Positions 25,718-33,079 of a DNA stretch of 33,645 bases are shown here, one piece after another. Every line of letters starts with the position of its first letter. The stretch's first letter is position 1. Position numbers and translations under genes: made by a program. Origin of the DNA: a virus (lineage: Duplodnaviria > Caudoviricetes); the IMG/VR virus record IMGVR_UViG_3300021086_000014, positions 1-33,645 of that record, one strand, 5' to 3'. The notes beneath the pieces were generated by a model. It saw nothing but the letters and a program-made list of their open reading frames with translations. It searched no databases and was not told the DNA's origin.

Positions 25718-27697
25718 TCAGGCGTCGGCCTTGGCGAGCAGGTCGCGGGCGCGGTCGCGGTACCCCTGGGCGAGGTCGCGGTTCGCGGCGTACATCTGGG
25801 CCTTCGCCATCAGCCCGGCGGCCTGGCCGCGCAGGCGGGCGGCGTCCGATGTGGTCGCCTCGCTCTGCTGGGCGGCGGTGCGGGTGAGCGCGGGTCCGCC
25901 GGGGATCGGCATTGCCTTGATGGCCTGGAGGTCGCCCTGGGCCTTCGCCAGGTCCGCCGTGAGCGCGGTGACGCGCTCCTCGTCGGCGGCCCGGGCCTTT
26001 GCCACGGCGTTCTTCACGAGGTCTTCGAGCTCTGCCTTGGTCACGGTGTCCGGGGCGGGCGCCGGGTCGGTCTGGGGGGTGTCGTTCTTCGCGAGTGCCG
26101 CGGCGAGGGCGGCGCCGACGATGTCGGCGGCCTGCGCCTTGGTCAGCGGCGGATCTGCGCCCTGCGCATCGTCGGCCTTGGCGGCGGCCTTCGCGGGGGC
26201 CTTCTTCTTCGCCGCGGGCTTCTCGTCGTCCTCGGCGTCGTCTTCGCCGTCCGCCGCGTCGGCGGTGTCGCCGTCCCCGGTGTCGGTGTCCTTCTTCTTC
26301 TTGAAGGGCGCGGCGAGGTTCGGGTTCTTGCCGTCGGCCTTGAGCAGGTCGCCCTCGGCGGGGGCGTCGGCGAGCGTCATCGCGGACCCGTCAGCACCGG
26401 ACTGCTCGTTGCGCTCGTTGGCCTGGAACCATTTCAAAGCGCGCACGGCGTCCAAGAGCAGCGCGATGTCGCAGGCCTCGTTCAGGTTGCCCAGGGCGAG
26501 GGACTCGGCCTCGGACACGATCAGCTTCGCGATACAGGCGATCGCTTCCTGCGCGCCTGCGATGTCGTCGCTCTCGTCCTCCTGGCCGTCGGATCCGCCG
26601 TCGGCGTCGGCCTTGGCGAGGTCGGGCACCAGGGCGCGCACGTCGCGCAGCACCGCCTCTGCCTTCTCGGTCATCTCCGGGCCGGCCTCGGCCTTGGCCT
26701 TGTCGCCCTTGAGGCTGCCGTCGGCGTTCCAGTTCTCGGGCACCATGCCCTCCAATCCGAGGGCCTTGGCCCGCTTGATGACGAACTTCCTGACCGCGTC
26801 GTGGTCGGCGCCGCCGCGCCCGACGGCCTTGACGGCCTTGCGCAGGTCGCTCTTGGTCTTGATCGTGTAGGCGGGGTCGCCGTCCGGGTTCTTCATCGCC
26901 TGCCCGGCGGCCAGGGCGGCGCGCTTCTGCTGCGCCGAGTAGTCCTTGACCAGGTCCGGGGCCGCTGGGGCGGTGTGCACGGCCACGTTCACCACCAGGG
27001 GCGTCGGGGGGTCTGCGGCGTCCGCCTTGGCGGCGTCGGGCGCGCGCACTTGGGCGGGTTCGACGGCGACCTGCGCGCCCGACGCGGCAAGGTCGGCGAG
27101 GGCCTGCTTGACGGGGGACGCGAGGCGGTCGAAGAGTTCGGCGGGCAGGCCGTAGGTCGGAGAGGTGACGCGCGTGAGCACGGGGTCCTCGACGGGCTGC
27201 AACTCGCCCTCGCCCATGGACTTCGCCAGGGGTAGACGCCAATGGTCTGTGATGGTTGCGCTCCCTAGGGAGGGCGCGTCCACGAGGCTGGTCTCGAAGA
27301 TCCTTCCCGCAATCACAACTCCGGCCGGGGCGTCGGCCTTGGTGTGGTCCAGGCGCCAGTTGCGGATGCCGATGGAGAAGCCGTTGAGGACGTCCTCCTC
27401 GACCTTCTCGATCGCGTCCTTGTCGACGACCTTCGCGCCGATGTACCAGCCGTCGGCCTTCTCCTCGAGTTCGATCGCCTTGCCTATCGCCCTCTTGGCA
27501 TCATGCTGTTCACGTAAATTACCTTTACGGAACCAGTCGGGGACCGCGGCCTTCAGCCAGCCCTCGTCCATCCGCTGGTTGTCCGCGTCCAGGTCCGGAC
27601 CGGTGACCTTGCCGTAGACGTAGAGGTGGCCCGTCTGCGGGTCCCGCTCCTTCTTCGTGATCGGGGCGTAGACCTCGAGGAGGTCGGCAGCGGCCAC
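25718..27697 (-). CDS. HK97-type prohead protease fused to a DUF6582-like domain and an acidic scaffold (659 aa)
   Basis: AAGGAGG SD before GTG at 27697. Protease motifs LREQH, LNGFSIG, ETSLVD. Middle domain AYTIKTKSDLRKAVKAVGR...RKFVIKRAKALG...PENW. Acidic coiled-coil C-terminus. Confidence 0.88.
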   Translation of the reverse strand: MAAADLLEVYAPITKKERDPQTGHLYVYGKVTGPDLDADNQRMDEGWLKAAVPDWFRKGNLREQHDAKRAIGKAIELEEKADGWYIGAKVVDKDAIEKVEEDVLNGFSIGIRNWRLDHTKADAPAGVVIAGRIFETSLVDAPSLGSATITDHWRLPLAKSMGEGELQPVEDPVLTRVTSPTYGLPAELFDRLASPVKQALADLAASGAQVAVEPAQVRAPDAAKADAADPPTPLVVNVAVHTAPAAPDLVKDYSAQQKRAALAAGQAMKNPDGDPAYTIKTKSDLRKAVKAVGRGGADHDAVRKFVIKRAKALGLEGMVPENWNADGSLKGDKAKAEAGPEMTEKAEAVLRDVRALVPDLAKADADGGSDGQEDESDDIAGAQEAIACIAKLIVSEAESLALGNLNEACDIALLLDAVRALKWFQANERNEQSGADGSAMTLADAPAEGDLLKADGKNPNLAAPFKKKKDTDTGDGDTADAADGEDDAEDDEKPAAKKKAPAKAAAKADDAQGADPPLTKAQAADIVGAALAAALAKNDTPQTDPAPAPDTVTKAELEDLVKNAVAKARAADEERVTALTADLAKAQGDLQAIKAMPIPGGPALTRTAAQQSEATTSDAARLRGQAAGLMAKAQMYAANRDLAQGYRDRARDLLAKADA

Positions 27698-27718
27698 CTC
27701 GCCTCCTTCGGGCATGCG

Positions 27719-27746
27719 AAAGGGCCGCACCGGCCGGTGCGGCCCT
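27719..27746 (-). terminator. Hairpin/terminator after the portal-MuF gene
   Basis: Perfect 26-bp palindrome AGGGCCGCACCGGCCGGTGCGGCCCT (27721-27746) followed by a short U run on the minus strand. Confidence 0.65.
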
Positions 27747-27774
27747 GCGGGCATTCGGTCCCGGCCGACGGGGG

Positions 27775-30700
27775 TCAGGCCGGGTACAGCCAGCAGCGGC
27801 AGCGGGCGTGCTGGGGCGGGGCGTCGACACCGGTCGGCCACGCCGACCCGAGGGGCAGCGGTCCGGCGCCGGCGTTGTCCAGGCACGGGTCGCAGGTGCG
27901 CTCGTCGGCTTCCGCACCCCAGGAGATCTGCGTGGTCCCGGCGCCCCGGTAGGCGTCGAGGGCGGCCTGGGAGGAGGCGCGGGTCAGTTCGGTCAGCGCG
28001 ACGCACTGCGCCCACGACGCGTCGGCGAGCACCGCGGCCAGCGAGGCGGCGAGGCCGGCGGAGTCCTGCCCCTGTCCGCCCGCGAGTGCCTTTGCCAGGG
28101 CGCCGAGCCGCCCGTTCGCGATGGATGCGGCCCACCCGGAGGCCTGCAGCGCCCACCGCTCGAAGCGGTTCCGTTCCTCGGGCGCCAGGGTGGCGCCCGC
28201 GCCGTTCGTGTCGCCCTCGGCCCAGCCCCATGCGCTCACCCGTCCGCGCCCGGCCAGGACCGCGGTGGCGGCCGCGTCGCCGATGGCGTAGCCCTCGAGC
28301 CAGATCAGGCGCAGCAGCGCGAGCGGCTGGGCGAGGGTGATGCCGCGGCGGTGCAGGAGCGCGAGCGCGGCGGTGGCGGCCCACTGTCGCGTGCCTGCGG
28401 CAGTGTCGGGGGTGGTCCAGTAGTCGGAAACGTCGGCCGGGGCGTAGTCGCCGGGGCTGTAGTCGTCCCCGCCGTCTGCGTCGTCGGCTTTGACGAGCTG
28501 CTGGGCGAGCCACGCCTCGGCCAGTGCGCGGGTGTCCAGTGCGCGGGCCATGGCGCGGGTGATGCGCGGCGCCCACAGGTGCGCGGTTTCGAGGTCCCGG
28601 TCCCAGCCCGGCCAGCGGCCGGGCCGGTCACCGGCTTTTGGGGGTGGTTCGCCGCCGCCCGGGGTGGCGAACACGACACGCGCGTCGCCCCACATGTCGT
28701 CGGGCGCGTCGGCCTTGGTCAGGACCTGCGCGTGGAACACGCGGCCGGCCTTGGGCGCCCGCCGGGCCCAGTTGCGGTAGGCGGCGACCTCCGCCTTGGC
28801 CGCCGCGCCCCGGGGCTTCGACGGGGCCGCGCCGGCGGGCGCCTGCCCGTCCTGCCCCTGGTCGTTCTCGAACCGGTCGGGGATCCCGTTCAGGTTGGCG
28901 TCCTTGTTGGGCGGGGCTTCGAGCGGGGAGATGGTTTCCCCCGCCGGCGCCGTCTTGGACGCCCCCTCCAGGAAGATCACACCGCGGCTGGTGGACACGA
29001 TCGGCATGTCCGCCTCCGCGAACGCGTACCGGGGCAGCCCCAAACGGTCGCGGTCCTCGTTGTAGGTCATGCGCGCGGACTTGACCCGGTTCTCGGCCAC
29101 CGCGTCGGCCGCCGCCTCGTCCTCGTCCTCCAGGCCCAGGATCCGGAACTCAAGCTCGGGCGGCATGGCCAGGTGGCGCCGGGAGATCCCGGTGATCAGC
29201 CCCTGGATCCACCGGTAGGTCGGCATGGTCGCGTTGCGGTCCTTGATGTCCGCCTGGCCCTCGTGGTACCCGGTGGAGCCCAGCCCGCCGGCCTCGGTGA
29301 AATTCAGCTCCGCGATCGTCGTGGCGAAGTGGGAGGCGAGCTGTTTGAGCAGGAACAGGTCGTAGTGCGGCTGGTACTTCTCCGCCACGTCGGGGATCGA
29401 CTCGAGTTCGAACCCGGGGGGCAGGATCCGCATCCGGTGGCGCTCGAGGGTCTGCCCGGACCAGGCGTCGTTCAGCGCGGTCTCGTACTCCAGGACCTGT
29501 TGGGGGGTCCAGGAGTTCAGGGCGGTGTTGCGCAAAAGCCCCGACGGGATGGTGCCGTCGGTGAACTCGGCGCGGATCCAGGCCCTGCGGCGCAGCCACA
29601 CGTCCAGGTCTTCGAGGCACTGCTCGACCGCGCTGAAGCCGTAGAGGGTTTCGGTGCGCACGTTGCGGCGCTTGTAGATCAGGGTGTCGGGGGCGTACCC
29701 GTTGATGACCCGGCCCTGGTCGTCCACGTCGGCGACGTATTCGCCGCGCGGGAAGCCCCACAGGATCTGCTGGTAGGCGGGGCCCGGCGGCAGGGGCTTG
29801 CCGCCCCGGTAGTCCCGCAACACCTTGATGGTGTTGCCGCACCAGGCCGGCTTGCCGTTACGCCGCACGTACAGCACCTCGTTGGGCACTGAAACACAGA
29901 ACACGTCCCCGTCGTACGGGACCGTGTCGGCGTGCCAGGTGCGGGCGTGGGTGTTCGAGAGCCGGATCGAGTACCGCTCGCGCTTGTTCTGTGCGCGGAT
30001 GACGCGCCCGTCGCGCATCACGGTGTCCTTTGTGAACACATCACGACTGACGTTGGCGCACTTGCCCATCTTCTGGGCGATCTCCTGGAGGTCGTCGGCC
30101 ATACGCGGGCTACACGTGACGACCGTTTCCCGGGCGCCGGAGTAGCACCCGTCGCCGAGCATGTAGAAGCGCCAGAAGATCTCAAGCTGGCGCGCGGACA
30201 TGTTCTTAACGGTGTCAGGGGCGTGCTTCTCGTGCGCTTTCCCGAACTGCGCAAGGTAGGAGTAGAGGCACTTGCGGCTGATGACGAACGACTTGCCGGT
30301 ATGGCATACCTCGCGACCGAAGATCCGTGTGAGCAGGTCACGGAACGGGCCGTACCCCTTCGACGCGGGGTCCTGCGAGATGCAGACGGTGTCCTTCTTC
30401 GCGCTGGTGAAACAGCCCTCGGAGAGGTACGCGCCCATGAAGGCCGCGAAGTCGTCGCCGCTGCACTCGAACGGCAGTGACGTGGTGCGGCCGGAGGCGG
30501 GCAGCTTGAACTCACCCAGGTCGGGTGCGTTCCACCGGGAGGTCATGGGGATCTTCGACGCCTGGCCGTTTCCGTGCTCGGCGAGGGCGGCGGCGGTCAC
30601 GATGGACTCGCCGCGTTCGCGCCAGCTAGATCCCCCGAGTGCCCGCGGCGTGGCCGTGACGAGCATCCGGTGGTTTCCGGTCACGAGAATGTCTAGCGAC

Positions 30701-31593
30701 TTCGATGAGAAGTGGTAGAGATCGCCCTTGTGCGGGGCGCGGTGGAAGTAAGTGGCCTGCTGCCACTCGAACTCGTGCGTCTTGGGATTGCGCGTCGCGA
30801 AGTCGTCGTCCGCGCAAGTGTCCGCGAAGCGCAGCCAGCCGCGCCGCGTCAAAACTTCGGTGTCGTCGGAGTAGCAGGACCCGTCCAATATCTCTAAAGC
30901 GTACAGGTCCCCGCCGTATGTCTTCCTCGGATAGATCGCGACCCCGTCGAGCACCAGGTGCTCCTCGAGGAGTTTGCCGATCCAGTCGGTCCAGTCCTCG
31001 TCCTGCCCGGGGTCGGGACGCTCCCAGAACGCGGAGCAGCGCGCGATCTGCGGCCCGAGGCGTTTGCGCAGGTCGGCTTCGACGTCGGCGCGCGAGGACG
31101 ACGGGCTGTCGGCCTCGGCCTGGGCGACGGCCTGCTTGGTGACGGTGATCGCCCATTCGAGGGTGGTGATCTCGTCCTTGCGGATCTGGATGCAGCGTCG
31201 CGGGATGCCCCCGGCGCTGGCGGCGTCGCGCAGTACCTTCCAGGGCACGAGCCGGTCGGTGACCCCGGGCAGGTTGGTGGAGACGGGGTATTCGGTGAAG
31301 CGGGGTTCGGGGCGGGCGGTGTCGCGGCGTACGGGGTCGATGGCCGCGGGGATCAGGGCGAGGCCGGGGCCGAACGCGACCTGCGGGTCGAGCCTTGGCA
31401 GGGGGTTGAAGCCGCCGTTGGTGGCGGGTGCGTTGTTGACTGCGGCGAGCAGGGCGGCGACCTGGGGGCCGGTGTAGGTGGTGGCGCCGGGTCCGATGCC
31501 GGGGGCGGCGGCCTTGTTCATTTCGGCCTGGGTGGAGCGGCGCACCTGGTAGTGCTGGCCGTTGCGTCGGTTGTTCTTGCTGCGGCGCGACAC
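27775..31593 (-). CDS. Portal protein with intein, fused in frame to a C-terminal MuF (Mu gpF-like minor head) domain
   Basis: Portal motifs LEILDGS|TIK, YGFSAVEQ, FTDGTIPSG, MTYNEDRDRLGL. C-terminal TELTRA...WGAEADERTCDPC...PPQHARCRC is the MuF signature. The start at 31593 (GTG) is approximate; ATG at 31521 is an alternative. Confidence 0.9.
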   Translation of the reverse strand: MSRRSKNNRRNGQHYQVRRSTQAEMNKAAAPGIGPGATTYTGPQVAALLAAVNNAPATNGGFNPLPRLDPQVAFGPGLALIPAAIDPVRRDTARPEPRFTEYPVSTNLPGVTDRLVPWKVLRDAASAGGIPRRCIQIRKDEITTLEWAITVTKQAVAQAEADSPSSSRADVEADLRKRLGPQIARCSAFWERPDPGQDEDWTDWIGKLLEEHLVLDGVAIYPRKTYGGDLYALEILDGSCYSDDTEVLTRRGWLRFADTCADDDFATRNPKTHEFEWQQATYFHRAPHKGDLYHFSSKSLDILVTGNHRMLVTATPRALGGSSWRERGESIVTAAALAEHGNGQASKIPMTSRWNAPDLGEFKLPASGRTTSLPFECSGDDFAAFMGAYLSEGCFTSAKKDTVCISQDPASKGYGPFRDLLTRIFGREVCHTGKSFVISRKCLYSYLAQFGKAHEKHAPDTVKNMSARQLEIFWRFYMLGDGCYSGARETVVTCSPRMADDLQEIAQKMGKCANVSRDVFTKDTVMRDGRVIRAQNKRERYSIRLSNTHARTWHADTVPYDGDVFCVSVPNEVLYVRRNGKPAWCGNTIKVLRDYRGGKPLPPGPAYQQILWGFPRGEYVADVDDQGRVINGYAPDTLIYKRRNVRTETLYGFSAVEQCLEDLDVWLRRRAWIRAEFTDGTIPSGLLRNTALNSWTPQQVLEYETALNDAWSGQTLERHRMRILPPGFELESIPDVAEKYQPHYDLFLLKQLASHFATTIAELNFTEAGGLGSTGYHEGQADIKDRNATMPTYRWIQGLITGISRRHLAMPPELEFRILGLEDEDEAAADAVAENRVKSARMTYNEDRDRLGLPRYAFAEADMPIVSTSRGVIFLEGASKTAPAGETISPLEAPPNKDANLNGIPDRFENDQGQDGQAPAGAAPSKPRGAAAKAEVAAYRNWARRAPKAGRVFHAQVLTKADAPDDMWGDARVVFATPGGGEPPPKAGDRPGRWPGWDRDLETAHLWAPRITRAMARALDTRALAEAWLAQQLVKADDADGGDDYSPGDYAPADVSDYWTTPDTAAGTRQWAATAALALLHRRGITLAQPLALLRLIWLEGYAIGDAAATAVLAGRGRVSAWGWAEGDTNGAGATLAPEERNRFERWALQASGWAASIANGRLGALAKALAGGQGQDSAGLAASLAAVLADASWAQCVALTELTRASSQAALDAYRGAGTTQISWGAEADERTCDPCLDNAGAGPLPLGSAWPTGVDAPPQHARCRCWLYPA
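29833..30876 (-). mobile_element. Intein with LAGLIDADG homing endonuclease in the portal gene (348 aa)
   Basis: Starts CYSDDTEVLTRRGW (block A), VTGNHRM (block B TxxH), FMGAYLSEGC and YMLGDGC (LAGLIDADG blocks), YDGDVFCVSVPNEVLYVRRNGKPAWCGN, followed by +1 Thr. Lower GC3 than the host gene. Confidence 0.95.
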
Positions 31594-31666
31594 CGGGGAT
31601 CCGACCCCCTCGGCGTGGGTCGGGCGCTGCCGCGCCGCCCGGGGCGGGCGGTGGCATCCTTGGCCC

Positions 31667-31930
31667 ATGCGGATCACGTTGCGGCGGCCCGCGGAGTCGG
31701 GCTGCGTCTTCGGCGGGCAGGCCCTGGACTCGAACGTCGGCACGACGACCCCGGTGGATCTCGGCGCACACCGGGCCGAGGGGACGGTCGTCGCGGCGCG
31801 GGTGGTCGAGGACGGCCGCGCGGTGGAGGTGACGGTCGAGATTGCCGAGGACGAGCAGGTGCGGCGGCTGGAGTCCGCGCTTTCGCCACGGCTTGGCCAC
31901 CACTCGGTCGGCGGGGCGCCCTCGGAGTGA
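31667..31930 (+). CDS. Small opposite-strand moron-like gene (87 aa, MRITLRRPAESG...)
   Basis: Strong plus-strand GC3 bias. CATCCT -10-like hexamer 6 nt before ATG and no SD, suggesting a leaderless transcript. Confidence 0.65.
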   Translation: MRITLRRPAESGCVFGGQALDSNVGTTTPVDLGAHRAEGTVVAARVVEDGRAVEVTVEIAEDEQVRRLESALSPRLGHHSVGGAPSE

Positions 31931-32307
31931 GCGTTTCCCGGCCGCCCCGCTGCCAGCGGTCGCACGAGGTACTCGAACCTGAACTCGACGACGGGCAGTG
32001 CGCGCAGCATGGCGGCCCCGGCGTGTCCGGCTTCGGTGAGCAGCCGGGCGGCGACCACGCAGGCCTGGGCGGTGATGTCGTCGATGCTCATGCCCGCGAA
32101 GCGCTCATCCCACCGCAGGCTGAACCGGATGTGCGGTGCGAGCCAGTCGTCTGCGGTGGCCTCACCCCAGGGGGCGACGGTGATGTCCGGGTCGGCTTCG
32201 GGCAGCGTGTCGACCGGTATGAGCGTGAAATCGCCCGGGCCGGGCCCGTGCACGGTAACCACCCGCCTGCGCGGTGGTCCGGCACCGGGCCCGGTCGTGT
32301 CGCTCAC
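31931..32307 (-). CDS. Hypothetical protein (MSDTTGPGAG...EFRFEYLVRP) lacking its own stop; frame continues into the portal
   Basis: GTG at 32307 overlaps the upstream TGA. Protein-like for about 115-125 codons, then reads antisense through 31667..31930 with no stop. The lower boundary is approximate. Confidence 0.55.
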
Positions 32308-32828
32308 CGCCGGACCACCTCGATCGGGATGAGCGGGCGCGAGCCCTCGGGTCGGTGCGCGGGTTCCAGGTCGCCCAGGTACGAGCAGCGCGGGTCCAGG
32401 TCCGCGGCGCGTTCGGGTGTCGGGGCCTGCCCGTACCAGGGGAAGTTGGCGCAGATCGGCGGCTTGGCGTCCTGTGCGGCGCACAGCCGGGTGGCGGGGT
32501 CGAACAGGTCGCAGTCGTAGTCGTGCGCGTCACCGTCGCGGCGGCGCCAGTGCTGGGCGGCGAAGTCGGCGTTGCGGCGGGTCGAGCCGTCCGGGGCGTA
32601 CATGCTTGCGGCGCGGGCGCGCGATTCCTCGGTGTCGTCGTCCCATCCGTTCGCCCGCCAGTAGGCCCAGCCCTCGTCGGTCCCGGGGTCCGGGACGCCC
32701 GCGAGTCGCCGGGTGGTCCACAGTTCGAGGGTGCCGGCGGCCCACGGCGAGAGCGTCACCGGGTCGCAACAGCACCCGCACCGGGCGCAACCGCGCGAGC
32801 GGCTTCCGGCGGCACCGGGCCCGGTCAC
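32304..32828 (-). CDS. YkgJ-family (CxxCxxCC) Zn/Fe-chelating protein
   Basis: CARCGCCC...CDLFDPATRLC....KPPICANFPW pattern. GTG at 32828 overlaps the upstream TGA. Confidence 0.85.
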   Translation of the reverse strand: MTGPGAAGSRSRGCARCGCCCDPVTLSPWAAGTLELWTTRRLAGVPDPGTDEGWAYWRANGWDDDTEESRARAASMYAPDGSTRRNADFAAQHWRRRDGDAHDYDCDLFDPATRLCAAQDAKPPICANFPWYGQAPTPERAADLDPRCSYLGDLEPAHRPEGSRPLIPIEVVRR

Positions 32829-33079
32829 GTCAGTCCCGTGATGATGAAGGGGGACGGCCCCGGCGGGAACGCCTCGCGGATCACCCGGCACATGCCGCAG
32901 TAGCCGGGGACGGGCTGTCTGCGCACACAGTCCGGGCAGAAGTACTCCGGCGGTTCGATCGCCCCGAACCCGTAGTCGCCAAGCGCGGCAGCGAGTGCCC
33001 GGGTCTCGGCCCATGCGAGCAGCTGCGGGTCCAGTGTGTATCCGCGCTGCGCCGCGAGGTCGAACACCGGCTCATCCAC
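32825..33079 (-). CDS. Small protein with a C-terminal zinc finger (CPDC...CGMC)
   Basis: Two CxxC pairs. Overlaps its neighbours in operon fashion. Confidence 0.65.
   Translation of the reverse strand: MDEPVFDLAAQRGYTLDPQLLAWAETRALAAALGDYGFGAIEPPEYFCPDCVRRQPVPGYCGMCRVIREAFPPGPSPFIITGLT

Noticed and set aside
23920-27530. Diversity-generating retroelement as the cause of the AT-rich patches
   Set aside because: No reverse transcriptase or template/variable repeat pair is visible in the window, and the patches lie on conserved motifs rather than a variable C-terminal ligand-binding region.
27775-28627. MuF-fused polymorphic toxin
   Set aside because: The ORF stops immediately after the MuF HxxCRC motif; there is no C-terminal toxin domain or immunity gene.
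27775-32484. ORF-track 1569-aa portal starting at 32484
   Set aside because: 32308-32484 overlaps the YkgJ-like gene out of frame, and portal-like sequence starts near 31593. The residual read-through from 32307 is reported as a finding.
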